Origin: Gammaproteobacteria bacterium
Lineage (GTDB): Bacteria; Pseudomonadota; Gammaproteobacteria; Eutrophobiales; Eutrophobiaceae
Reading direction: 5' to 3'
Assembly (NCBI GenBank): GCA_965240365.1
Contig: OZ251218.1
Location: 3,022,378-3,086,377 of the forward strand
Length of the DNA: 64,000 nucleotides
Part shown: one piece after another, positions 21,925-32,410 of the stretch
How positions within the stretch are numbered: the stretch's first letter is position 1
Layout: every line of letters starts with the position of its first letter
The notes under the pieces: generated by a model
What the model was told of the DNA's origin: nothing
What the model saw: the letters and a program-made list of their open reading frames with translations, nothing else
Databases searched by the model: none
Program-made: the position numbers and the translations under genes

Positions 21925-22341
21925 ATGAAAGACAAACTTGATTTTGATCTGGAAGCGGCCCTACAAGGGCTGCGTGAAGGCAGAAGACTGAGCGGCAAAG
22001 ACGGCCTGTTAACGCCGCTCATCAAGCAGCTTACCGAAGCGGCCATGCAGGCTGAGCTGGATTCGCATCTGGCTGAAGACGATGGCCCCAATCGCAGGAA
22101 CGGGCATTCCACGAAGACGATGAAAAGCCCCGCCGGGGAGTTCGCCTTAAACACGCCCCATGATCGCGCCGGCTCCTTTGAGCCGCAACGGGTCAAAAAG
22201 TATCAAACTCATCTGACCGATGAGCTCGAACGCAAGGTGCTGGGGTTATTTGCGCTAGGGAACAGCTATCAGGACATCCGGGCCCACATCGCCGAGCTGT
22301 ATGATATCAACCTGTCCAATGGTCAGGGGAATCGCACTTAA
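21925..22341 (+). pseudogene. IS256-family transposase, N-terminal 138 aa only
   Basis: LLTPLIKQLTEAAMQAELDSHL...STKTMKSPAGEFALNTPHDRAGSFEPQRVKKYQT...; strong SD AGGAGGTGATATATG; truncated by ISAs1-like element. Confidence 0.65.
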
Positions 22342-22388
22342 ATTTTGATTTTTGGTATAAGCTTGTTTCTTGACCATTCCTCATATAT

Positions 22389-23369
22389 TTGGGCTTCAAG
22401 ATGACAAGTTTAACCAGTTATTTCAATGATATAGATGATCCTCGTTCTGGCAACGCGCCGCGCCACAAGTTTTGCGATCTGATGACAATCCGTCTTTTGT
22501 GCGCCCTGTGTGGTGGGGAGACGGCGGTCGATATGGAAAATTTCGGCAATATGAAGGAGGATTTCTTACGGGAATTTCTCGAATTGCCCCATGGCGTACC
22601 TTGCCATGATGCGTATTCACAATTGTTCAGGTTGATGAAACCGGCGAGCTTCCAGACGTTTTTCGACAAGTTTCGCGCCGACTTCGCCGCCGGGCGTGGA
22701 GAGGAAGCAGCTATCGCGATTGACGGCAAAGAGATGCGGCGCCGCTTCGATAAGGCGATGGAACAGTCGAATCTAAACATGGTAACGGCCTTTGCGCATG
22801 GTGCGCGGCTGACCCTTGGGATCACTCAAAGCGCCAAGGGGGTGGTGAGATATTGGCCCCGCGTGAGTTGGTTGAGATGCTCGATATTCGTGGCATCACT
22901 ATCACCGCTGATGCGTTACATTGCCAGCGTGAGACCTGCGAATTGATCGTAGGGGAAGGGGGAGATTATTGCCTGCAACTCAAAGGCAACCAGGGCGATA
23001 TGCTGGCGGATGTACAGGCCTTTGTCAAAGATCAGAACATTGATTTCATTGATGAATATAAATCAACTGACGCGGATCATGGCCGTATCGAAGAGCGATC
23101 ATATCGCGTTTACGATGTCCCGAACTCTCTGGCCGAGAGGCACGATTGGCCGCACCTGCCTGCTGCAGGCAGGTCTGCAGGCCTTCGTTCAGGTCATCTC
23201 AAAACGTGAGGCAGGCGGCAAAACCAGCCACTCCGAGAGGCTGTATTTGATGTCAAAACGCCCCACAGCTCAACACGCCGCAACTCTAATCCGCGGCCAC
23301 TGGCAGATCGAAAACAGCTTGCACTGGTCGCTCGACGTTGTCATGGCCGATGACCATCACCGTGCCTGA
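22389..23369 (+). pseudogene. ISAs1-family transposase, frameshifted and hairpin-interrupted
   Basis: DIDDPRSGNAPRHKFCDLMTIRLLCALCGGE... (H-repeat/ISAs1 N-term) and ...HWQIENSLHWSLDVVMADD (C-term); frame change near 22850-22946 and 19-bp hairpin at 23155. Confidence 0.6.
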
Positions 23370-23608
23370 AAAGAGCACGCCCCAGCCAATTTCGCCGCCC
23401 TAAGACGCATCGCGCTCAGTATCATAAAGGCAAACACCGATAAGGGATCAAATCGGGGCAAATTCAAAAAGGCAGGATGGAGCAACAATTTCCTCAGAAA
23501 GCTCATAAATGGGTTTTGAAGTGCGATTGCCCTGGACAAATCGCTTGTTAGCGACATGACGCGCAGTTAAAACTTGATCTGGCTTTTCATTTATGTGAAT
23601 ATATTTTC

Positions 23609-24385
23609 ATGATTGTGAACCAGATAAACCATTTTCTGAGCTTCATAGAGCTGTTCTCCCAGCAGCATCGGCCCATGACACTGACGCAAATTGCAGATGC
23701 GCTGGAGCTGGCAAAATCCACGACCTATAACATGATTGAAACCCTCATGGCCCGGGGATATCTCTACGAAGTGCGGGTACGCGGCGGGTATTATCCCAGC
23801 CGTAAACTGCTCTGCGCCGGCAAGAAAATTGCCGAAGGGGATCCGGTCACCACCATCATCCAGGATTTTTTACATAAGCTTGCTTTTGAAACCGGGGAGA
23901 CGGCTCTTCTGGCCACCCGTGACAAAAGCCATGTGATCTATCTTGATGTGGTTGAGTCACGACAACCCATTCGTTATTCCGCTTCCGTAGGTGACCGAAG
24001 GCCGGTTTATGCGACATCCGGCGGGAAAGCGATCTTGTCTAGCTATGCGGATGACGTGTTCGAAAAAACCCTGGCTTCCCTTGATTTCAAAGATGTGCGG
24101 GAGACGACAATCCGCGATGCGCAAGCCCTGCGTGACAATATTGCCGATGGCATACGACGTGGGTTTTTCCTCAATTGTTCGGAATACACGCCCGAGGTCA
24201 CAGGCGTTGGCATCCCGATTGTTGTGGAAGGCCGCACATTGGGGCTGTCGATTGCAGGCCCCAATCATCGCATGCAGGGACGATCTGACAGTATTGCCAC
24301 CGCTCTACACGGTGCTGCTGGCGAGATAGCGGAGGCGCTGGATACGGCCGGAATCGGGCCAAGTTCACATCTTCGCAAAGCCTAA
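23609..24385 (+). CDS. IclR-family transcriptional regulator
   Basis: N-terminal wHTH (MTLTQIADALELAKSTTYNMIETL), C-terminal IclR effector domain. Confidence 0.8.
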   Translation: MIVNQINHFLSFIELFSQQHRPMTLTQIADALELAKSTTYNMIETLMARGYLYEVRVRGGYYPSRKLLCAGKKIAEGDPVTTIIQDFLHKLAFETGETALLATRDKSHVIYLDVVESRQPIRYSASVGDRRPVYATSGGKAILSSYADDVFEKTLASLDFKDVRETTIRDAQALRDNIADGIRRGFFLNCSEYTPEVTGVGIPIVVEGRTLGLSIAGPNHRMQGRSDSIATALHGAAGEIAEALDTAGIGPSSHLRKA

Positions 24386-24430
24386 CTTTGATCAAAAAGA
24401 CTATACATAACCATATGGGAGCCCCAAAAG

Positions 24431-25450
24431 ATGAACTTGACAAAACGAGTAAGTATCGCGGCTACAGCCTTGATGATGACGCTACCGCTTCAAGCGCATG
24501 CTGAAAAAATCACTTTCGCCGATAGTTTTCCATTAAAACACTATCTTTCGAAAGAGGGTATGGTTTGGTACATGAACCGTGCCAGCGAATTGACCGATGG
24601 CGCCATCAAGTTTCAGCATTTTCCGGCCGGGCAGTTGGCAAAAGCCAAGGCGATTTTGCAGAAAGTCCGCGATGGCGCGGTGCAGGCCGGTTATGTCGGC
24701 ATCGGCTATGCCAGTGACCGTCTCCCGCTGAATGGCGTATCCATGATCGCGGGCATGACAGGAAACTCACTGCCCGGAAGCCAAGCCTATTGGAAAATGG
24801 TCAAGGAAGGCCCTTTGAGGCAAGAATTCGATGCCAATGGCATCGTGCCCCTATTTGCGGCTGTTCTGCCAGCCTATCAGCTTGTCTTAAACAGGGGGCC
24901 AGTGAAATCGGTAGATGATCTGAGCGGTCTTAAAATAAGATCGTCAGGCACCTTAAACCTTGCTGTAGAAGCTTTTGGCGGCACACCGGTATCATTATCT
25001 GCCCCCGATATCTATGTCGGGATTCAGCGCGGAACCATTGAAGGTTCGCTCCTGCCGCCGGGCAGTGTCAAACCTTACAATCTGCAAGAAGTGATCAAAT
25101 CCACAAGCACCAATGGCGCGTTTGGTACATTTGCCATCACAGCGGTTATGAACGGGGAGGTATTCAATGCCTTACCCAAAGCGCATCAAGAAGCGCTGAT
25201 GCAAGCAGGCGATGAAACAGTTACCCATTTGGGAACCTATCAGGATGGGGAAGTGTCGAAGGCTTTGAGCGAGTTTAAGGATCTGGGGATTGCCGTTTAT
25301 CAATTTGATGACGCCATGCTTGCTGAATTAGAGCCGGTATTGGCGTCGGTCAAACTCGCTTGGATTAACCGCATGTCCGAGCGCAACCTTGATGGTGCCA
25401 GTATCGTATCAGCCTTTGAAGACGCCGTTGCACGCGCGCAAGCTCAATAA
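24431..25450 (+). CDS. dctP: TRAP transporter substrate-binding protein (DctP family)
   Basis: 339 aa with signal peptide; followed by DctQ and DctM genes. Confidence 0.8.
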   Translation: MNLTKRVSIAATALMMTLPLQAHAEKITFADSFPLKHYLSKEGMVWYMNRASELTDGAIKFQHFPAGQLAKAKAILQKVRDGAVQAGYVGIGYASDRLPLNGVSMIAGMTGNSLPGSQAYWKMVKEGPLRQEFDANGIVPLFAAVLPAYQLVLNRGPVKSVDDLSGLKIRSSGTLNLAVEAFGGTPVSLSAPDIYVGIQRGTIEGSLLPPGSVKPYNLQEVIKSTSTNGAFGTFAITAVMNGEVFNALPKAHQEALMQAGDETVTHLGTYQDGEVSKALSEFKDLGIAVYQFDDAMLAELEPVLASVKLAWINRMSERNLDGASIVSAFEDAVARAQAQ

Positions 25451-25510
25451 ACATGTATAAAGGCTGGGTCACAGCAGGAGCATGCTGTGACCCCTTTGCC
25501 GTGACCACAG

Positions 25511-26038
25511 GTGGATAGCGTCATGTTGAAGAGCTTCGAGGGATTTGAAAATCTGCTGAGCTGGTTTGCAGGCCTTTGTGTGTTTGTCATGATGGCTCTG
25601 GTCAGTTTCGATGCAATCGGAAGATATGTTTTTCAATCACCGCTGACTTTTCAGTTCGATTTCACAACCAATTATCTGATGGTCATCGTCGGCGTCCTGT
25701 CCTTATCTTGGGGGGAACGTGAAGGAGCGATGATCCGCATAAAGGCCGCAACACGCCTCTTACCGGAAAGCACACATGGTTTGCTCTACGCCTTCAATAA
25801 CCTAATAGCAGCAGCTGTCTTTGCGGCGATGACAGTTGCTTCAGGGAAAAGGACACTCGAAACCTATCACGACGGTGATGTCCTGTTCGGCGTGATCGAC
25901 TGGCCCGTCTGGCTATCACATGTCTGGGTGCCGATTGCCGCAGGCACTTTGACTCTGCGGCTGGTGATCCAGGCCTGCCAATATGGCGTGTTCCGTCAAC
26001 CGACTACACCCGTCAATGACAACACTCTGCGGGGTTAA
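25511..26038 (+). CDS. dctQ: TRAP transporter small permease (DctQ)
   Basis: 175 aa, 4 TM. Confidence 0.7.
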   Translation: MDSVMLKSFEGFENLLSWFAGLCVFVMMALVSFDAIGRYVFQSPLTFQFDFTTNYLMVIVGVLSLSWGEREGAMIRIKAATRLLPESTHGLLYAFNNLIAAAVFAAMTVASGKRTLETYHDGDVLFGVIDWPVWLSHVWVPIAAGTLTLRLVIQACQYGVFRQPTTPVNDNTLRG

Positions 26039-26044
26039 GGGATC

Positions 26045-27331
26045 ATGGCTGTTTTCATTGGCATTTTGGCTCTGATCGTGTTGATCGTTTTGGAAATGCC
26101 GATCGCCTTTGCGCTTATGTCTGCGGCGGTTCTCGGCCTTTGGTTGACAGGCGGTGACGTGCTCGTCTTGAGCTTTTTAGGCGACGTATTGCATGAAGAG
26201 GCCGCAAATTATGTCTTGTTGACCATACCGATGTTCGTGCTGATGTCGCAGTTTATGGCCAAATCAGGCATGGCCCGTGATATCGTGGTTTGCTGCGACC
26301 TGTGGCTGGGACGGGTGCGCGGCGGTCTTGCCATGGCCTGTGTAATCGCGAGTGCTTTCATGGCGGCTGTTATCGGCTCTAGCACGGCGTCCACAGCCAC
26401 AATGTCAACGGCTGCCTTCCCGACCATGAAGGAAGTCGGTTACGCCAATAAGCTCGCTGTCGGTGTCATCGCGATATCCGGCACATTGGCAATTATGATA
26501 CCGCCTTCGATTATCTTGATCGTCTACGGAGTCCTAACAGAGGTTTCGATCGGGAAACTGCTGATCGCCGGAATCGGACCCGGCCTGCTTACCATAGTCG
26601 GATATATGACGGCCATTGTGCTGATGGGGCTTTGGCGACCGGAATCCATGCCCGCAAGATCCGAATTCAACCGGGTTCAAGCCGTTGAATCATTAAAGAC
26701 GGTCTGGCCTGTCTTTTTGCTGATGACGGTGGTGATCGGGTCGCTTTACAGCGGCATTGCGACCCCCACCGAGGTAGGAGCGGTCGGATCGCTTTTCGCC
26801 TTCATCATTGTTTTGATGATGCAGCGTATGCGAGGCAAAGCCTTCTTTGCATCCTTACGCGAAACCGTTCGTACCACCGTCATGATCATCGCGATCATCT
26901 CAGGTGCCTTGATGTTCGGTTATTTTTTGACATTCACTCAGGCCACGCAGAACCTGTTATCCACCATCCAGACCTCCAGCCTTCAGCCATGGACGATTAT
27001 GCTGATCCTCGTCTTCATTTATTTGGTGTTGGGGATGTTGATGGACCAGATGGCGATATTGGTTCTTACAGTACCGATCACATTCGCACTCATCTCTCAA
27101 TATGGATTTGATGGGGTCTGGTATGGGATCATCATTACCAAAACCGTGGAAATCGGATTGGTCACGCCCCCCTTGGGCCTCAACATTTTTATGGCTTCAA
27201 GCCTTACCAAAGTACCGGTCGGCGAGTGTTTCAAAGGTGTTGCACCTTTTATTTTGGTTGAGCTGGTTATTCTGGGACTGCTTCTCGCCTTCCCGCAAAT
27301 CTCGCTTTTCTTGCCCTCGCTGATGGATTGA
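26045..27331 (+). CDS. dctM: TRAP transporter large permease (DctM)
   Basis: 428 aa, ~12 TM, typical DctM. Confidence 0.85.
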   Translation: MAVFIGILALIVLIVLEMPIAFALMSAAVLGLWLTGGDVLVLSFLGDVLHEEAANYVLLTIPMFVLMSQFMAKSGMARDIVVCCDLWLGRVRGGLAMACVIASAFMAAVIGSSTASTATMSTAAFPTMKEVGYANKLAVGVIAISGTLAIMIPPSIILIVYGVLTEVSIGKLLIAGIGPGLLTIVGYMTAIVLMGLWRPESMPARSEFNRVQAVESLKTVWPVFLLMTVVIGSLYSGIATPTEVGAVGSLFAFIIVLMMQRMRGKAFFASLRETVRTTVMIIAIISGALMFGYFLTFTQATQNLLSTIQTSSLQPWTIMLILVFIYLVLGMLMDQMAILVLTVPITFALISQYGFDGVWYGIIITKTVEIGLVTPPLGLNIFMASSLTKVPVGECFKGVAPFILVELVILGLLLAFPQISLFLPSLMD

Positions 27332-27360
27332 ACAGACAGAGACAGAGAAGGAAAAATCAC

Positions 27361-28503
27361 ATGTATGATCTTCTCAAAGGCATCCGTGTGCTGGATTTGA
27401 CATCCGTGATACTGGGACCTTTGGCAACCCAGTATTTGGGGGATTTTGGCGCGGATGTCATCAAGGTCGAGCCCCCTACAGGTGATATTTTGCGCCATAT
27501 CCAACCGGCCCGTTCCAAAGGCATGGGTGCCGGATATCTGGCCTTCAATCGTAACAAGCGATCAATAGGGCTAAATTTGAAGGACCCGGCGGATCATGCA
27601 ATTTGTCTGCATCTGCTGGAAGGAGCCGACGTACTGGTCCATAATATGCGTCCCATTGCAGCTAAAAAACTGGGCCTCGACCCGGAAGCGGTGCGCACGC
27701 GCCATCCGAATATCATCTATTGTGTGTCAACCGGCTATGGCAGCCGAGGGCGAAATGCAAATCTGCCCGCTTACGACGATATCATTCAAGCAGCCTGCGG
27801 TATCGCGCATCTGAACCGGGAGTCTTCAGGAGCCCCCAGATTTCTACCAACGGTCCTCTGTGACAAGGTGGGCGGTCTGCATTTGGCCATGGCGGTTCTG
27901 GCCGGTGTGGTGCAGCAGGCGAAAACCGGGCGCGGATGCCTGATCGAAGCACCGATGTTCGAGGGGCTTGTCAGCTTCCTGATGGCGGAACATTTGGCGG
28001 GAGAAACCTTTCGCCCTGCCCAGGGAGGCATGGGGTATGAACGGCTTTTATCGGAACAACGCAAACCTTTCGCGACCCGGGACGGTTACATCGGCGTGCT
28101 GCCCTATAATGGGGAGCATTGGGCATGTTTCTTAAACCTCATAGGGCGCGCCGATTTGGCGGCGGCAAATTGGGTACAGGATGCCGCAGAGCGCAGCAAA
28201 AATATCGGCCAACTTTATGCTATTATTGCCGATGTCATGCCCGAGCGCACAACAGCCGATTGGATGGAAGCGTTAAGAAAGTTGGACATACCCTGTGCCC
28301 CCGTCAGTTCTCTCGAAGAGCTATTGGAGGATGCACATCTGCTTGATGTTGGCTTGTTTGAGGATATTGAACACCCCTCGGAGGGGGCTCTTCAGACCAT
28401 CCGCTCCCCCTTCTGGGTGGACGGGGCCGATCAGCATCCCGATAAGCCCGCCCCCCCCTTATTGCCATCAAAAACCGACATTGAATGGGCGGCGCGGGAA
28501 TGA
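27361..28503 (+). CDS. CoA-transferase family III (CaiB/BaiF-type)
   Basis: MYDLLKGIRVLDLTSVILGPLATQYLGDFGADVIKVEPP; SD GAAGGAAAAATCAC-ATG (track ORF starts earlier at 27328). Confidence 0.8.
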   Translation: MYDLLKGIRVLDLTSVILGPLATQYLGDFGADVIKVEPPTGDILRHIQPARSKGMGAGYLAFNRNKRSIGLNLKDPADHAICLHLLEGADVLVHNMRPIAAKKLGLDPEAVRTRHPNIIYCVSTGYGSRGRNANLPAYDDIIQAACGIAHLNRESSGAPRFLPTVLCDKVGGLHLAMAVLAGVVQQAKTGRGCLIEAPMFEGLVSFLMAEHLAGETFRPAQGGMGYERLLSEQRKPFATRDGYIGVLPYNGEHWACFLNLIGRADLAAANWVQDAAERSKNIGQLYAIIADVMPERTTADWMEALRKLDIPCAPVSSLEELLEDAHLLDVGLFEDIEHPSEGALQTIRSPFWVDGADQHPDKPAPPLLPSKTDIEWAARE

Positions 28504-28579
28504 TCGCAAACTGGTTGAACGGCATATGCGCCATCATTTCCCTCATTATCGTATTACCACAATTACTAAAGGTATTCCT

Positions 28580-28978
28580 ATGACAGATCCTATCCCCCTT
28601 CAGCCCCCTTTTATTGAGCATCTGGATCATCTAGAAAAATACGGACCGCCCGGTCATGCCGGTACCGTTAATGTTCGTTTATGTGAAAAAACCTTCTGCA
28701 AAAGCTTTGAAATGGTGCTGGGAGAGATCGCACCGGGTGGTGAGGCGCACAAACATCACCATGATATCGAACATCAAGCCATTTACGTGCTGCAAGGACA
28801 TGCCCGCGTTACGCTCGCCAATAATCCCGCCGTTGATTGCCCGCCCGGAACAATCATCCGTTTACCTCCCAAACTTGATCATCATGTTCTGTCTCTTGGC
28901 CCTGAGCCCTTAAAACTGATGATCGTATACAGCCCACCGCTCCCTAAACGAGATGATGTTCCCGTTAAAGATGCCTAG
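28580..28978 (+). CDS. Cupin-domain protein
   Basis: 132 aa; H-x-H...E...H cupin motifs (HKHHHDIEHQAIYVLQGHA). Confidence 0.55.
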   Translation: MTDPIPLQPPFIEHLDHLEKYGPPGHAGTVNVRLCEKTFCKSFEMVLGEIAPGGEAHKHHHDIEHQAIYVLQGHARVTLANNPAVDCPPGTIIRLPPKLDHHVLSLGPEPLKLMIVYSPPLPKRDDVPVKDA

Positions 28979-29058
28979 AGACAAGCCCTTTGTGCAAACA
29001 CCGATCGCCTTGTTCGTCAATCCCAGCAATAGCGGGCCAGTACAAATTGTGGGATGGC

Positions 29059-29871
29059 CTAACGCCCTCGGAAACGGGGTGCCCGCTTTTCAATGAATGC
29101 TTTTCGTCCTTCCACAAAGTCTTCTGAATTCAGCGTCCGCTTCCGTTCGTTCACGGCCAGTTCGAGCGAATCATTGATACAGGATGGATTGCCCGCAAGT
29201 AATAATTTCTTGTGGGCGCGCAGCACAAGAGGGGCTTGCGATGCCAGCATGCGCAGGATTTCCGCCGCTCTGGCGCGGATCGCGCCAGTATCGACCACCT
29301 CATGCAGCATTCCGCTCCGTAGCGCCCACTCTGCATCAAGCGGGCCCATATGCAGCAGCAAATAACTGGCGTGAGAATATCCAATCTTTTCGACCAGAAG
29401 CGACGGGAGTTGAACGGCGGAGACGCCAATGCGTACCTCGGTGGTGGCAAACGCCGCGTTGGTGGCTCCGATCCGGATATCCGCGGTAATCGCCAGCGCC
29501 ACACCAAATCCGATGCAATGCCCCTGGATCGCGGCGACAACAGGTTTGCCATTCAGATCGTCCCGGAGAAAATCCAGATCATAGCTCTCCTCGCTGGTGC
29601 CGACCTTCGTCTCTGAGGCGCTCTGGTCTCCTTCGCTGATGTCGAATCCGGCGCTGAAGGCACGATCGCCTGCCGCATCAACCACCATCACCCGCGCGCG
29701 CTCATCCTCCTTGAACGCCACGAATGTGGCGTTCAGCGCGCTGACGAGTTCTGCATTGATCGCATTTAGACGCTGGGGATGGTTCAGCGTCAGATAGGCG
29801 ATGTCGTCCTCGACCCGATATAGGAGCGGGTCGCCCTACCGTTCGGTGCTGTTATCCGTAGCGTTATCCAT
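29059..29871 (-). pseudogene. Enoyl-CoA hydratase/isomerase (crotonase) with in-frame TAG at codon 12
   Basis: MDNATDNSTER*GDPLLYRVEDDIAYLTLNHPQRLNAINAELVSAL...; TAG at 29836..29838; rest of the 270-codon frame intact. Confidence 0.6.
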
Positions 29872-29872
29872 G

Positions 29873-30456
29873 TCAATACTCTCTATCAAATATCTGTTTT
29901 TTCTGGTTTTTGTTTTCCTGAAAGGCCGCGAGCGCGCCCGCTTTAACCAGTTCGATGCAACACTGGAAGCGAAGCTCCCTGGAGATCGTATTCTGCAAAT
30001 CCGTCACCAACCGACCTCTTTCCTCAACCTCCATAGGTCCCGACAACTCGACCCTGACCGGCAAGGGAGGGTCCTGAACCGGCGGAGGGGATTTTAAGAC
30101 CACGCGGGCGTTTCCGGTAAGGCCACGATCGGCGAACCGCTGGATCAGGGCCTGAATCGCACTGGGGAAAACGTTAACCCCACGAACGAGGAGCATGTCA
30201 TCGGTTCGCCCCTGAACGAGAAAACGAATTGTATCGCGCCCGCAGGCGCAACGCCCGAGCCGGATCAGGTACCTGTCTCCAGTACGAAAGCGTATGGCAG
30301 GGGCGCATTCCTTTTCGAGAGCAGTGTAGACAGCTTCTCCGCAAACACCGTCTTCCATCGGAAGAGCCTCCCCGGAGGCCGGATCGATGATCTCCAGATG
30401 TGCTATTTCCTCGGTCAGAAAATGCAATCCTGAGTTATGTTCACAACGTGGATTCA
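29873..30456 (-). pseudogene. Phenylacetate-CoA ligase-like (PaaK family), C-terminal part
   Basis: ...GLHFLTEEIAHLEIIDPASGEALP...GRTDDMLLVRGVNVFPSAIQ; separated from N-part by IS30 insertion. Confidence 0.6.
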
Positions 30457-31387
30457 ACCAGCAAGAGCAACATTAGGATTGATTCCGAAAAATACCTGAT
30501 TAGGTGTTTTCATGCCAAGGCATTTTCGAGGTCGGTTATTTAATTTATCCATAGCCATTTTAATCTCCTGTTCAGTGATGGTGGTAAAGTCTCTGTTCCT
30601 GGGGAAGTATTGGCGTATCAGGCCGTTGGTATTTTCGTTGAGTCCGCGTTGCCAGGAGGCATAGGGGTGAGCGAAATAAAAGGTCGCATTGAGCGCTTTG
30701 GCAATGGCCTGATGGCGCGCAAACTCCCTGCCGTTGTCAGAAGTCAGGGTATGGACATTATCAGACAAGGGAGCAAGCTGTTGCAAAATAGCGGCCTTGA
30801 CCGTATCCGCTTCCTTGCTGGCGACCCTGGCAATCAACGTCAGGCGCGACTTACGCTCAGTCAGGGACACGAGGGCCTGTTTGTGCCCCTTGCCAATAAT
30901 CGTATCCAATTCCCAACCTGCCTGCTGCAGGCAGGTCACCCAATCGGGCACGTCTGTCGACGATGGCGGGTCGCTCATCAATGGAAACGCGGCCAGACCA
31001 CTGGCCACGGCGGCTAAAGTGACCGTAGCGCTTCCTGCGCCGCTTCTGGCAACGCAGGCGACGGTACAGGTCGCCGCCTTGCTGTTTGTCCCGCAGAATA
31101 TAGCGATAAATCCACTCATGGCTAATCCGAAGGCGCTTTTCCTGAGCCAGCCAGAGGCTGACCTGTTCCGGGCTCCAGTCCTCACGCAGCAAGGCTTCAA
31201 CCCAGTCCCAATGGCCGGGTTGAATGCGCACCTTAGCCTTTCCCTGCCGGCGGGTCACGGCCAGCCGTTCGGCCTGCTGCGGACGATAGCCGCAGAGGCC
31301 ACGGTTGCGCCTCAACTCACGGCTTATGGTGGATTTGTGAACCTCAAGGATACGGGCTGTCTCAGTTTGATTATGGCCTGCTTTCAT
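30454..31387 (-). pseudogene. IS30-family transposase (frameshifted)
   Basis: MKAGHNQTETARILEVHKSTISRELRRNRG... HTH, C-terminal ...LNENTNGLIRQYFPRNRDFTTITEQEIKMAMDKLNNRPRKCLGMKTPNQVF; two overlapping ORFs. Confidence 0.65.
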
Positions 31388-31558
31388 AAGGGCGCCTGCC
31401 TGCTGCAGGCAGGTAAATCGGGTATCGTTGCTCCTGGGTGAGCTGTGTGTATTGTCTCATCGATGCTTCTCATTCTTGCCAGAACAAAAAGCAGAGATAC
31501 TACCGCAGCTCGCCTCCTGTTCCGAGTTATGAGTTGCACTTACGAGTTGAATTCACGC
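30457..31558 (-). mobile_element. IS30-family element copy 1 inserted in paaK-like gene
   Basis: Imperfect terminal IRs GTGGATTCAACCAGCAAGAGCAAC... / ...GAGTTGCACTTACGAGTTGAATTCACG; transposase (30454..31387) frameshifted, 2 hairpin copies inside. Confidence 0.6.
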
Positions 31559-32325
31559 AATTTAATAGACGCAATAAAGCTGGTGTGCATGGCTCCGATA
31601 CCGTCATAGATGCGTGCTCCGCCCCAAAGAGCGGAGATACGGTTTCACACTTCGTCGATCGATCCGCCGGGTTCGCCTGCCAGAGAAATCCTCTCAAAAC
31701 CAAGACCTGCCGGATCGACCCCGTGTTTATCGCGCAATTCCTCGCCCATCCAGATGGCGTAGGACGGTGTGCAGTTCAATTGCTTGGGCCTTACCTGCCG
31801 TGCGACAACGGCGAAGTTCTCAGGCCCGCTCTTCCCACCGATCGGCACCACCGTTAATCCCGCATCCTGCATCACATCGGCCCCCGGCATGCCGGCAATC
31901 CACATCGACATGACGAAAGCGTGCATCACCTCCATGCACCGTTTCATAATCTCGGCGCTCAAAACACTGTCCCGGCGGGTATAGCCGGTGAATGTCGGTG
32001 TCCCGGTCGTGCCAGACGTCGAACTGATGTGCGTGACATCACGCGGATCGCACACAATGTGCATGCCTAGCGTATGCAGCCTCTTTTCCCAGGAAGCACG
32101 CTGGCTTTCGCGTTCAATGGATTTATCCATAAACGGCACCGCGCCAAGATCGCCGAAGCTTCGGATCATGTCGGGATGGATACCTGCATCGTCAAAACGT
32201 TTCCGATGGAAATCCGATTTTTCGTAAACAAGATTCAACTGGGTTTTCAACTTGGCGAACCTGTAGTCGTCAAGCCGGGGCCGATCCACGAAACCGCGTT
32301 CAGGGCTGTAAAACGGGCTGAGCAT
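31559..32325 (-). pseudogene. Phenylacetate-CoA ligase-like (PaaK family), N-terminal part with in-frame TGA
   Basis: ...HISSTSGTTGTPTFTGYTRRD...ISLAGEPGGSIDEV*NRISALWGGARIYDGIGAMHTSF then IS30 IR; TGA at 31645..31647. Confidence 0.6.
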
Positions 32326-32410
32326 TGCGTCCTCCAGAACCGCCAGCCCATACCTTTGGTTGACTGACTACGAAGCTTGTGACATAAAATAATAAATATC
32401 ATACTAAAAT

